Positions 1 to 11,963 of a DNA stretch of 64,000 nucleotides are shown here, one piece after another. A program made the position numbers and the translations under genes. The notes beneath the pieces were generated by a model. The model worked only from the letters and a program-made list of their open reading frames with translations. It searched no databases and was not told the origin of the DNA. Position 1 is the stretch's first letter. Every line of letters starts with the position of its first letter. Origin of the DNA: Anthoceros angustus (taxonomy: Eukaryota > Plantae > Anthocerotophyta); contig VJWM01000205.1 in assembly GCA_010909165.1 (NCBI GenBank), positions 276,468 to 340,467 of the forward strand, in the 5' to 3' direction.

Positions 1-496
1 ACTGAAGCATCCTCAAAAGTAAGTATCTTAGATTGCCATTGCTAGGGTGTAAGATCCAATTAGGCCACAGGAGCTTGATAATGTTGAGAAATTATGCAAT
101 GAAAAATATTTAATATGATACAATATCTCGGACTGACTCTCCTAGCGGGACTTGTCTACTAAGGGTACAAGCACCACCATGGGACAGAAAAAGTACAGTT
201 GAAAAGTGGTAAGAAAAGGCATACACATATGTACATCTGAACTAGAGAGAAAGAAATAGTGAAAAAGAATTAATGCAAACACATGCATGTCAGAAAAAGT
301 TCAGGGACGAGGATTAAAATAACCAAATGATCACCATGGAAAAAAGGGCACGGAAAAAAGGCCACTTGAGCCATAGCACGAGCAGCCTTAAAAGCGGTAA
401 TTAAGCTTAATAATGTTGAGCAATTATGCAATAAAAATATTTAAGAAATACATTTAATCCAATTACATAATTCAAAATCCTAAATTTTCAATCTTA

Positions 497-532
497 GAAG
501 AAGAAGAAGAAGAAGAAGAAGAAGAAGAAGAA
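497..532. repeat. (GAA)12 microsatellite
   Basis: Perfect GAA run counted from the sequence. Confidence 0.95.
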
Positions 533-648
533 TTCTAATCTAGCTTTAAAATAGGTCTTCTTGAAAAATATGACATATTTGGGTAGCTTAAAACCCACGA
601 ATCCCATAATTTTTTTGTTATATGCTTGTGATTTAATTTATATCTTCA

Positions 649-1260
649 ATGAGGTTCCGCCTGGGTTTGGTCCAACCTTTGGCCTATTCTCTTTCAACCT
701 ACAGTTGTGGGGCCCCCATCGACGACTCAGGGTCCCACCTAGCTCGCTGTCCAATTGGAAGGCAGCGTATCACTACACATAATGCCGTTCGTGACATCAT
801 GTTCTTGATGGCCAAGGACAGCGGTTATTTTTCATACAGGGAGCGTCCATATACCTTGCGCAATGGGGTGTCGGTTAGATCGGATCTATTTCTAATCGGG
901 GGGACCAAACCTCTGTTGTAAATGTCGTTGTAACGGACCCTACCCGGAACTCCAATTGTGAGCATGTCATTATCAACCCTTCGAGCTGGACGGTGCATGG
1001 ATACGCGACTCCGAGGATACACAAGTACACACCTTTGCAAGACGGCCACACCTTCATCCCCTCGCTATTAAGACTCACGGGGCTAAGGGCAAGGATTTTT
1101 CCTGCCTCATTCAGGATTGTGCTAAAGCCTACCACAGTCGTTGGAACGGGGTGGGTCTCCCTCTTTCCTTGGTGGTAGCTTTCTTTTGACACCGGGTATC
1201 CATCTGTATGCAGGTCTTTCCTCATCTCAGACCACGACATAATCGTGGCAGTAGATAGCT
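649..1260 (+). mobile_element. Decayed 3' end of a CRE/NeSL-type non-LTR retrotransposon (zinc knuckle plus restriction-like endonuclease), frameshifted
   Basis: Joining frames gives RFRLGL...SCGAPIDDSGSHLARCPIGRQRITTHNAVRD...RSDL...NVVVTDP...KY...DGHTFIP(L)AIKTHG...HRVSICMQ. This is the motif order of RLE-bearing non-LTR ORFs. Frameshifts occur near 918 and 1060. Confidence 0.7.
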
Positions 1261-1695
1261 TTGGGGTTGGCATTCGTGGGTTCTAGCCCCCTGGCTCTTG
1301 GCCCTTTAGTGGGTTGTCAGCCCTCTGTTTGGGGTAGATGGGTTTTCCCATCTCTTCTTTTTAATAAAGTCTTCATGATTTCAAAAGATTTATATCTTCC
1401 TTCTAAAACTAGATTTTGGGCCTATAGTATGTTTAAGGAAATCTATGGACCTCTTGCAGGGCATCTCGTTGAACTAATATGGCTATTCATGAGAACATTC
1501 ATGATGAACGAAAATATTTTTGCATTTAGAGAAGATCTCCACATTATGAAAAGATCTCTCCATTGCCCTATAAAGGGCTCTCTCAACGGCAATCCTTCAC
1601 AAGGCGACGACAACAAGTCAATAAAACGTATTTTTCATTATGAAAATCAAGTTGAAGGACTATCGCCACATCTGACGAGTTGACCTTGTTTGACC

Positions 1696-1759
1696 GTCAA
1701 CCCAAGACATTTGATGGGTCAACCGAAGACATTTGAGGGGTCAACATGAAACATTTGGG
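1696..1759. repeat. 22-bp tandem repeat x3 (GTCAACccaagACATTTG..)
   Basis: GTCAAC at 1696, 1718 and 1740, each followed by ACATTTG. Confidence 0.85.
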
Positions 1760-2429
1760 TAGCTTCAAAATGAAATATCTCATCCATGCTAGAATTATTC
1801 ATAGTCTCTGTCTTCTCCAAAATACTTCAATGTCATCTTCATCCACCCTAAAATATTCCAAAGTCATCCACCTTAAAAATAATATTAAAAAGGCCCTAAA
1901 GATCACAATAGGAAGAAGAAGAATTCTATAAGCACTTTTGCTAACCATAATTTCTCATTTCTTGACTCCAACTTCATTGCCAGCTTGAGGTCACCACTCT
2001 TTCCCATCCTGTGCTGAAAAAGGTTTTGCAGTTGCACCCTCCTATTACCGTACCTAAAGGGTGACCGAGACTCTTTGGCTGTGCCCTTCTTACTAGGATT
2101 ATATCCTGCGACACCTTCTCTTGATATGTTTTGATTGTAAATCTTAAGAGTGTTGGTTGCAAATCTTCAGGGTTCTTTGACACTTACTGGTAGCTAGCTG
2201 ATCATCTTCGTACATTTTGGTTGCAAATCTTGAGGTTCTCTTTGACACCTATTGGTATCTGATCTTCCGGGCTCTCTATCCATGTCTTTGGATCTAGACG
2301 TCTTCTTCCGAGATCTCTTACAATTCGACTTTCGGGGTTCTCTAGCCATTTCTTTGGAGGTAGATGAAGCAAAAAATATCTGCCGTCATCAATACCAAAC
2401 TCATTTTGAACAGCCTTCTTCCTCAACCT

Positions 2430-2760
2430 TTTACAACCAGCATATATGTTGTGTGTTGTGTTGTGTGTTATTAGAGGATCGGAGGATCTTGCACCTCAGC
2501 TTTTGTATCATTGGTTGGCAGCTTATGCTCGTGTCGCTTGTTTTGCGCTAACTCAAGTTTTGACACCAGTTTCTTTTCCGGCGTCGTACTCGGAGATCTC
2601 TTACGACTAAGCTTGTGTGTTGTTTGTTCCGTGGTGCGCTATTCGGAGGACTCTTGCAACTCGGCTTGTGCATTACTGGCAGCTCATGCTCGTGTCGCTT
2701 GTGTTGCGCTAATTCTATTATTTGTAACGTGTCCGTCCTCCAGTGATCGCCAACCCATGT
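2430..2760. repeat. Imperfect direct repeat (~165-bp period) in a degenerate TE-like region
   Basis: GGCAGCTYATGCTCGTGTCGCTTGTKTTGCGCTAA occurs at ~2517 and ~2678. GAGATCTCTTAC also recurs (~2310, ~2594). Confidence 0.7.
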
Positions 2761-3014
2761 ACCTCTGATGGGCAAGTTGGGGTTTCACAAAGCTGGGGTT
2801 TCGCGAAGTTGGGCTTCCGCAAAGTACAGTACTTACATACCTATAGGGTTCGGCAAAATATGGGGTTCCGGAGAATACACATGGGGTTTCGCAAATTGGG
2901 GTTTGGATTTTAGGTTCAGACAGCCCACGGGTTAATCATGCTGGGCAAGAGAGACAAGAGGGCCTTCTGGCAAAGATCCGCGCTTCTGCTCGTTCACAAC
3001 TGCTGGAAGTAGAG

Positions 3015-4950
3015 ATGGCCATGGCTCCTGGACCGGCAGCGGCACCGGGCGGGGGCTCCGACGCGGGACGCAACGTGGGAGCAGCAGACGTCAAGCCGGA
3101 GCCCGGCGAGGAGGCGCAAGCGCGACAAGAGCCCTTCTGCCCCTACCCCATCCCCGCCTTCATCAGCATGGAGCCGGACCGGAAGAAGGGCAGGCTTGAC
3201 GGCTCAGCGGTGGCCGTGCTGGCCTTGGCCAACAACGCGAAGGTGGCGTCCCCCTATCCGGACTGGACATATGCCCGGGACCCGGAATTCACCAAAGTCC
3301 TTAACGGGGAGCTGGACTTGCGAAAGGACGGGTGTTACAGGGACCAGTGGACTCCGCCCTTGGTGCACCACCTTCTCCACTGCTATCAATCGGTGCAAGT
3401 TTCTCGGCGCGCGGAATCCTTCACCAAGGTGGAGTGGCAGGAGCTGGCTGTTATGCTCACTTCGCATCCGGATTGCAATCCCCCGAAGACTTGGAGGGAT
3501 GTGCGCTCCAAATTCGAGAAGCTGAGGAGGCGGTTTCTGTCGGAGAAGACGGAGGCCAACTCCCGCTGGCCTTACTTCGCCGACATGCTTAACCTGCAGA
3601 ACGCAATCGACCGGGTGGAGAGCGCGGATTCCCCCGTCCAAGGTCGGAGGCAGTGTGTCCTTTTCGTTGTCGTTTGGCTTGAATGGCTAGGTTTGATTCA
3701 GTTTCCCATCCGAATTGCTCGCCTGTGTTTGCGCAGGTGCCCGGATGCTGTTGAGCTTGGAACCAGGTGCCGGGCCAGGAGACAGGCTGAGTCCGCTGGC
3801 TCGTCCGGCTCCTCTCGCTCCAGCTGCTGCTTCTCAACCTTCTCCTCCTGCGCCTGCGCCTGCGCCTGCTGCTCTGCTTCTTCCTCCCGTTGCGGCTCCT
3901 CCTCCACCTCGCGTCACTGTGGCTGCTCCAGCTCAATGTGCTGCCAGCGGGGCCGGCACGGAAGCCGCGGTCACCTCGGTCTCCTCCAGGGGCGCTTCTC
4001 ATCCTCCTCTGGGCGCCAGCGGCATCTCCTATCCTCCGGCTGACAGGAGGTTCAGGGAAGTTTGTCTGTCCATCAGGAGCAGGATATCCAGAGCGCCGGT
4101 GTATGGAGCGTATTGTGCAAGCTTCTCCCCGATGATTGCCGAGATTTTGGGGCTGGCCAAGTTTGATTTCGTGGTAGTGGATTTGGAATACGGCCCCTGC
4201 GACCATGCTCACACCCTGCCCGTCCTGCACGCGCTGGCATCTGCAGGGTGCCCGTCCATCCTCAGGCTGCCCGCCAGGCCTTCTGTGCAGGTCGTCCGCC
4301 GGGCGGTGGACTTGGGGCCGTCTGGTATCATGTTTCCGGACATCGACACTGCCGAGGCTGCCAGGAAACTGGTGCTGGAGTGCCGGACCAACGCTGGCCG
4401 TCCCCTGGTGCGGTCCTCCTTCTACGGCACTGCGGCTCGAATGGACGCCAACGAGCTATTTATCATTTGTGAGGTGAGTTCCGTCACGGCTTTGAGCCAT
4501 GTGGCTGAAATTGCCTCCGTCGAGGGCGTGGATTGCATCCAAATTGCGCCCTTGGCCTTGCGCGCGAGCATGGGTATTTTCCATGGTAATTTCCACAACC
4601 TGCACCCTTGCACCTACGGTTGCTAACTTGCTGCCCGCTAACCTTGCACTCGACTCACATCGTTGCCTCCTTTGGCAGACATCAACCAGCTTCATGAGTT
4701 CATGAGGAAAGCAGAGGAAGCCGTGATCAGCTGCAATGCTCGTCGAAGGACGCCGGTTTATTTGGCAGGGTTAGCGAATGCCGAGTTGACACCCGCCGCT
4801 CTGCTGAACTTAAACTATCACATGGTTTCAGGGGCCTCGGACATTGCTCTCTTGAGGGATGCTGCTATGGCAGATGTCGCCAACAACAAGTTCGGGCGTG
4901 CTCCTCAACCCAACTCCCTGACTGTGAAGCCCGAGCTCGGTACAAGCTGA
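3015..4950 (+). CDS. Trihelix (GT/Myb-SANT-like) DNA-binding domain fused to an HpcH/HpaI aldolase-family domain; 3 exons (3015-3642, 3737-4585, 4679-4950), ~582 aa
   Basis: Exon 1 has WTPPLVHHLL..Y...W..LA......KT..DV..KFEKLRRRF..E......WPYF..M (trihelix). Two phase-1 GT-AG introns (3643-3736, 4586-4678) join it in frame via a Pro/Ala linker to SFSPMIAEI...FDFVVVDLEYGP...ILRLP...AVDLGPSGIMFP...EIASVEGVDCIQIAPL...YHMVSGASDIAL (HpcH/HpaI TIM barrel). Confidence 0.85.
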
Positions 4951-5287
4951 GTAGGTGACTGGCACTGGACTGGGCATTCAGACCAACCTCAGAAACCCCC
5001 CCCGAGTCAACGGATCAACCATTTTTTCCCTCTTCCTGTTCATCAATCATATTTTGGCAAGTCAAGGGAGCTCCGAGAGCTCACGAGCCGGCAGTAGCAA
5101 GGACCAGGTTTCTTTTATGGAGCTGGTAACTAGTGGTACATCATGTTAAGGGCCAGCCTGCAGGAGGGAGACATGCTGATCGAAAGGACTTTCCAGGATG
5201 CAGGGCAGAGAGCTGAAAAGAATCTCCATGGCGTGCAGGTGTTTGCTGGGAGAGCAAGCACACCACTTGGACGTCACGTCATAATTT

Positions 5288-5584
5288 ATTGAAGATGAAG
5301 GCTGGATCCTCCCATAAGCCAGGCAGTTCTTTAGAGAGCGAAGATGATTGGTTGCAGTGAGAACCTTGGAGACGAAAGTGAGTCTAGTGCAGATGATACT
5401 GCTGCTTTCCACACAAAACATTTCAACGACATCTGTTACATATGCCGAGACGTCAAGATCCATTGAAGATGAAGGCTGGATCCTCCCATGAGCTGTGCAG
5501 TTCTATAGAGAGCGAAGATGATTAGTTGCTGCTGAGAACCTTGGAGAGGACAGTGAGTCTAGTGTAGATGATACTGCCGCTTTT
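5288..5584. repeat. Diverged direct repeat, two ~122-bp copies, 174-bp period
   Basis: ATTGAAGATGAAGGCTGGATCCTCCCAT...GAGAACCTTGGAG...AGTGAGTCTAGTG.AGATGATACTGC starts at 5288 and at 5462. Confidence 0.85.
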
Positions 5585-8500
5585 AGTCCACATACAAGAT
5601 CCCAAACGAGAGGTCACACGAGGAATGGCGAGTCAGTCCTGCCACTTTTCCTTGCTGCACATTCCCATCGATGTCTGGTGAGTACTGTGCCGACGGTTGC
5701 TGAGCTCCATGGGAACATGGTAACTGGTGATCGACTGGGCTCCGTGGTTCCTACTTTGCTGGTATGAGGGCTCGGAATGGGAGTTCAGCATTGTTTTGAA
5801 GGCTTGGGAAGATGTCAGGTAGGGACATTGTGCCGTCGTTTCTTTCGTTTACGGATGCACGTAGCGCTCTGGTTGACAGGGGACTTGGTTGATTAAGGGT
5901 TCAGTCCGAGACAGGGGGCCCTTAAGACAAGAGGGCTTACTCTTGTCTTGTACTATCCTTTTCTACACCATGGCGGAGATGTTGGTGACTATTGTCTTGC
6001 CTTGGCTAGGTAATTTCCCATGGTCGGTGCAGGCTGAAAATGAAAGATATGTTAGTGAAAGTCGATATCCCGCATCCTGCATCTAACGATGCTGATGCTG
6101 CACCGCAGTTGCAGTGGGAATGCACTGCAGTGAAAACTCCCTCTACCAGATGGCACAGTAGTGTCTGTTGATCTGGATTGAAATCGAATAGATACAGTTT
6201 GTCTCTGGCACAAAAGGTGAGAGCCCGACCCGCTCAGCCGTGTTGTTCTCGGCGCACCGTTCTCGAACATGTTGTACAGTCGGTCCACCTTTGAGAGTGT
6301 GGTAGATGGCACGTAAGATGTGTGCAGTCAGATAGAGTTGTGTCTGGTAACGGCGCTGAGGTGGTAAGGCATAGGTCCTGTGCGAAGGGGAGGCTGTAAG
6401 CAACATTGAGTGGCAGCTAGTGGATATAGGTATCGGGCCCCCCAACAGCTGCGATGCCTTGGCAGCGTGTTGCAGTGGCAGTATCAGTATTAGTATCAGT
6501 ATCAGAGTGCGAAGTGTTTTTGAAAGTGCAAGGTGTCTTTGAAAGTCATGTGAAGTCTAGTACTGAAGGAAGCCTTGACGAATCCTGTTGGATCCAACCT
6601 TACTGCCCAGTTGCAGAGCCTCTAATGCGTTCGTGTTAGTTGGCGGTACATCAGTGCGCAAGTATAATCTTATTATCCCGTCCTCCAGTTTGAGGAGCCC
6701 CACTGCTTTACAGCTCCACACGCATTTTGACCTTGCAACGAGAGCCGTACACACAGTAGGGCAGGGTAGCTGGGGTTGTGGCAAGTGGTGCAGACCTTCC
6801 AGCCTACCGCCGGTGGGGAAGCAGCCTACAAGTTGTACACACGCGACAAGTAGATGTTGAAGTGTAAAGCCAAAAAAACGTGGTCTTGGGCACCCCCCGC
6901 CTTGAGGTGACAAGAAGCAGGGAGGGTGTGCAAGACTGAAATACTGGCGCCGGTCGCTCTCCGAACACAGCTGATTTTTAGAGAGCCATTTATGTATCTG
7001 GTTGATCGAGCACCCTCGGAGGAAGCTAATGCCTTGTTCTGTCTAGGACAAGCCAGGGAAAATGTAAATGAAAATGGATCTCCCGCGATCCCGATCCCCC
7101 ACATGCACTTGTCTAGAGTTTTATAATGTACGTAATGTTGGAGATGACGTTGCACATGGCATTGTGCGGGGCTGTTTAGCAATGGCATGCGTCCTTTTGG
7201 GGAACGGCGAGACGCCGCGGCAGCTTGAAAGCTTGAAGGAAGAGGCCACGATGAGGTGCCTGCCCAGGAAGGTGGAATGTAGGGCCGGCTGTCTGGCGTG
7301 TGCAGGTGCGGGGCCCGCCTGGGCCTGGACGCACCAGGAAGCTGCCTTCAAGCTTGGGGAGGAAGGCTGGGGCGGGCGGGCCCCGCCTCATGATTGATGG
7401 CCGGGCCCCCTGGGAGGCGGACTACATACTGCACATACGGTGCGCATGCGATTGCGATCGCGCGATTCTTCGATTGCCATTGCGATTAGCGAGGGCAGGG
7501 GGATGCCCAATGCCCAATGCCCAATGCCGCATGGCATGATTCATATCACATTCCATGACATGCAGTGGTGCGCATGAATCGTCGCCGGCCGCCCGGCCCG
7601 GAAGTGGCCGCATTAATGCCCCAGGCTGCTTCCGGGAAGGAAACGCTAGAGATTTGGCGTGCAAAAGTGGCGGGATATGTAGGAGCTTGAAGGGGCCCGC
7701 GCTCTGGGGACAGCGGGATCAATCGTACGCCAGAAAAGCAGCAAACGCGGGATTGCGGATTGCGGAAGGCGGAATGCGGAAGGCGGAAGGCGGTGCGATG
7801 CCGGATCCACTCCAAAACGAAGAAACCTGAGCAAGAAAACCAGTGGCACCATGAGCGCGGGTCGCGGAGAGAAGCCGGCGTGGAGGCCCTGGAGGGAGCG
7901 GGGGGAGAGAAACTCAGAGCGGGGCACCCGGTGCGCGTAGGTCCCGCTGGTTCACCGGTTCACCCGCGCGCTGGGGCTGGGGCCCTGGGGCCCTGGTGCC
8001 CTGGCCACTTGCGGTCCGGAATCCGGATGGATAATTGCACGGGCATCGGCTGCCCGGTGCCCGCTGCCCGGATGGATGGATGGATGGATGGATGGGGATC
8101 ATGGAATGGCATCATGTGCGCGCAGGAGTGCGGGAAGGGAATGTAACATGTAAATGGTGCGGTGGGGCCCGGAACAGGCCCACTTGCAGGGCAGTGTGCA
8201 CGCGGGATTTTTTTTTTCCAGCATACACAATTTGCAAACAGTGGCGGAAATGAGATGCGTCCTCAATGTCAACGTTATGTGCAAGGATTTGACATTTGCG
8301 TGTGCGTCGTGAGTGGAGGCAGGATCCGGTGCGCTCTTGTGCACTACTACGCGTACTTTCTATGTGTAGGATGTCACCCACCAAATGCTCGTACAGATCA
8401 CATGCAGTACAGGGTGGGGGCCAGGGCGATGAGATGAGCTCAGCGACACAATTTCCTCTTCACATTTTAGCTTTAACATTGCACTGGTCTCTCGGGGAGG

Positions 8501-8954
8501 ATCGCATCGTTGCCATGGAAGAATCGCATCAGCGGCTGCACGGCAGCAGCAACAGCAATCCGCTGAAAAGGGCACGTTGTTGACGCCAATTGACCAGGCT
8601 GTCCGTGTAGCTACGCTTGCTGTTGCAGCCAGCAGCTGGAAACTGCCTGGACGCCTCCACGGGGACGGGGTGGCATCGCTCCCTATGTAACCTTCAACCT
8701 TCTATATTGGAAGTGGATGAGGTGACGACTCCACGTCTCCCACTCCCTTCCCCTTCCCCTTCCCCTTGTGGCCACGGCTTGTGCCTCTGGTACGCATGAC
8801 TGCATGAATGAATTCAATCCAATCCCAGGGGGAAAGGACGTGATCGATTTTGTGGTTACAGGGCCGTGAAAGCAGTGGGCAGTAGCGTAAAAGCATGCTC
8901 CCTGTGCCTGTGCTGCTAGCAGCACGCAATACGCGGTACAAGATGGGGGGCACC

Positions 8955-9295
8955 TAACCCAACCCAACCCAACCCAACCTAACGCAACCCAATCTGGGCT
9001 CGGGCCCCTCCAGTCCCATTGAGCACGAGATGGAGATGCCTCCGGATCCACCACCGTAAGGGTACAGCCGCAGTACAGCTCCACCTCCCCACCATCTCCT
9101 CTCCCGCACACCCCAAATACCCAAATCCGTTCACCTCTGCCAAATGCGGGGGGCCTGGGCCTGGGCCTGGGCCGGGGCTGGGGCTGGGGCGAATATCCAT
9201 GTCCGAAGTGCAGGCAGCAGATGCCAGGCTCAGGCTCAGGCTCAGGCTCGGCACTCAGCAGGGTCAGGGTCAGGGTCAGGGTCAGGGTCACGGCC
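8955..9295. repeat. Cluster of GC-rich 5-6-mer microsatellites ((AACCC)n, (GGGCCT)n, (AGGCTC)n, (CAGGGT)n)
   Basis: Directly visible runs at ~8956-8990, ~9150-9190, ~9225-9250 and ~9258-9290. Confidence 0.85.
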
Positions 9296-10343
9296 ACCCG
9301 GCACCCTCGACGGGTCATCAACCAGGCAGGCAGCGCAGGTTGACTTGCAAGGCGGCTGTGCCAGGGCCTGGCTATGTAGCTGGCGAGCTGGCTGCCTGCC
9401 TGCCTGCCTCAGTGGGCTGCGCTCTGGCCCCCACGCCATTTACTCGAGCAAGCAAGGACCTGCAAGGGTTCGCCACAATGCCACCATATGCATCTAGCCT
9501 AACGTAGAATAGGATACAATACATTTTCGTGTGGGCGTGCAGCACAGAGTTGCATTACAGACTTCCTACAGTTACAGACACCTCTCTCTTTGGCTGCCCC
9601 ACCTTGGTCTCTACTCTCCCGGTCTCCCCCTCCTTCACGCCTCGCCGTCTCTGCCCCTGCCTTGCCGCTTACATCTGCCGTCTTAGCCGTGTCGCCTTCC
9701 TCAGGTACAGTAGTAACGCAGCCAACTACTCGTTCTTCGTTGACATTCCCTGTCGGCAAAGGAGCGTTGTTGTCAAGCGCACGCCCTTCGCCATCTTTCC
9801 CCCTTCCTGCGTCTTCCCCGTCTGCCCACTTGAGCCTGTCCCTATAACCCTTCCCCCAGTACACACCTCCCTCCATTTCACCTGTCCCCCGTCTCCCTCT
9901 CACCTCCCTCCGCTTCCTCTCCTCGAGCTCGCCTCCGGCTCTCCTCCTACCCCTCGCCTCGCCTCGCCTCGCCTCGCCGAAACACGTCCCGTCTCAACTT
10001 CAACTGCTTCGTCTCCGTCACATCTCGTCTCGTCAGCTGTCGTCTTGCCTCTCCTCTGCTCTCCAGGCTCAATCCTGAATCCTGGGGCTGCACCATGCCC
10101 AGTACAGCCTCCCCCGGATCGACTGCCTGATTCATTCACCAGCATGTTTGCACCCACATCCTTTCCTGCTCTGCTCTCTCCTCGGCTCGGGGGCCCGGCC
10201 CCGCCTCGCTCGCCCTCGCCCTCGCCCCCTGCAACATCCTCGGCTCCTCAGCATCCGGTCGGGTGAGAGCGAGCGTTGCAACCACGCAGTCACGCTTCCA
10301 CAGATCCTTAGGACCCATTCGATCGACAACCCGCGGACTGCAG

Positions 10344-11699
10344 ATGGCGGCCACAGCGCAGCCCTTGGACGCGGACCACTTCCTGCTGCTCTCCCGGAAG
10401 CGAGGCAGCGGGCCTGCCCAGCTTCTCCACTCCACGCACCCGAGATCGCACGCCATTGCCAAGAAGCCCGCCGCCACGCCCAAGCCGGATCCGGAGTGGC
10501 TGGACCAGCTGCCGCCCACAGCCGCCAGGCCCGCCGCCACAATCCGGGTGGTGCACATTTTCGCGCCAAAGGTGATCAAGACGGACGTGGCCAACTTCCG
10601 GGAGCTGGTGCAGCGGCTGACAGGCCACACCCCGTCCGGCCCCTCCCGCTCCACCAGCAAGAGCAACAGCTCCAACAGCAGCAAGAGCAGGAGCAGCATC
10701 AGGAAGCGGAAGCAGGAGGTGAGCGACATGGAATCGGAAGGGGCTCGGGGCCAGCTCATCTCGAAGGCTGCTGCCCCGGAATTCCCACCTGAAGGCCCCT
10801 TCAAGGTGTGCAAGGAGGAGATGGTGACGGAGGAGGAGACTGCCCATGGCCACTACCCTGGGCCTGCTCACCCTCTGCTGCGCCAGGGCTCCTGCATCAC
10901 AGATGCCTCCACCTTCAACCAGGCCTCGTCGGATTTGACGGTGACAGTCGGGGATAGCTCCTGCGACGTCGACTCCACCCCTTCTCCTGCCTCCTACCCG
11001 CTGCTGCACTCCGAGGCGCATTTCCCCTCCTTCCTGCCCAGTCACGTTGCGTCCAGGGCAACTGCCGGGGAGGATTCCGGCATCACCTGCCAGGAAGCCG
11101 GGAGCGGGAGCGGGAGCGGGACTGCAGCAGCAGCGGCATCGGGGCTGTACCTGGACCAGGCGTACCTCCAGCACCAGGACTCCTTCGCCTCCACGGCCAA
11201 TTCCTTCAGTTCCCCGACCGGGCCCTTCCGGAGCGGCTACATCTCGGGGATGGGGGAGACGGGGTATCCGGTCCAGGTGCAGGGGAGATTGAGCTACCTC
11301 CGTCAGGCCATGGAGAGCGGCAGCCAGGCTGCCAGCTTGCACAGCCTGCTGCTGGGGGCGGAGGCGGCGCTCTTGCACAACTGGGTATCGGAGGCGGCCA
11401 TCAATTTGCACAACCTGCTCGCGGACGCCGTGAACGTTCGGACCGGAGGCGGGAATGGCGGATTCGAAACTTCCTGGCCGAGCTCCATCCCTCTCCGTCC
11501 TGGAGCTGGAGAGCTGCAGAACGACATGGACATGTTCTGCGACGTCCTGATGTCGTCGCCGGCTCCTTTGCCGCCGCCGGAGTTTCCCATGCCCAGTCCC
11601 TCTGCGGCTGCTGCAGCACCGCCCGCCGGCGGGTTTCACTTCGATTTGGCCTCCATGTGCAGGGAATTCAACCTGCCGTTTCCAAGCGACCCCTGCTAA
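10344..11699 (+). CDS. VQ-motif protein, single exon, ~451 aa
   Basis: IRVVHIFAPKVIKTDVANFRELVQRLTG (FxxxVQxLTG) followed by a basic KRKQ segment. Long open frame; first ATG at 10344. Confidence 0.9.
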   Translation: MAATAQPLDADHFLLLSRKRGSGPAQLLHSTHPRSHAIAKKPAATPKPDPEWLDQLPPTAARPAATIRVVHIFAPKVIKTDVANFRELVQRLTGHTPSGPSRSTSKSNSSNSSKSRSSIRKRKQEVSDMESEGARGQLISKAAAPEFPPEGPFKVCKEEMVTEEETAHGHYPGPAHPLLRQGSCITDASTFNQASSDLTVTVGDSSCDVDSTPSPASYPLLHSEAHFPSFLPSHVASRATAGEDSGITCQEAGSGSGSGTAAAAASGLYLDQAYLQHQDSFASTANSFSSPTGPFRSGYISGMGETGYPVQVQGRLSYLRQAMESGSQAASLHSLLLGAEAALLHNWVSEAAINLHNLLADAVNVRTGGGNGGFETSWPSSIPLRPGAGELQNDMDMFCDVLMSSPAPLPPPEFPMPSPSAAAAAPPAGGFHFDLASMCREFNLPFPSDPC

Positions 11700-11963
11700 C
11701 GGAGGCTGCAAGCTGCAATCCAAGCTGCAACTCTGTGGCGGGAGCCTGTACACTGCTATCAAGTCTCAAGTGGGACATTGAAGTGCTCTGACGCTTCTGT
11801 GGCCACGCATAACATCCTACATCCTACATCCTGCCCAGATCGATATCTGGCTGCCTGAGGGAGTCGCAAGAATCCATTCACTGCCGGGCACACGGCTGCT
11901 GTGCACCATCAGCTCCGGATCCCAACTGCAACATGAGCTCAAAAGGATCATACTTGAAGCCAA

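Noticed and set aside
3643-4043. Read-through C/S-rich tail of the 342-aa ORF
   Set aside because: It runs through a clear GT-AG intron; the spliced frame gives the aldolase fusion instead.
4474-4479. Strong GTGAGT donor-like site inside the aldolase exon
   Set aside because: The downstream sequence aligns continuously with the aldolase family, so it is treated as exon.
5924-5949. Perfect 10-bp hairpin AAGACAAGAG/CTCTTGTCTT
   Set aside because: No CTRR end for a Helitron and too short for a miRNA precursor; could be chance.
10308-11762. 484-aa antisense ORF over the VQ gene
   Set aside because: Shadow of a GC-rich coding strand; no recognisable motifs.
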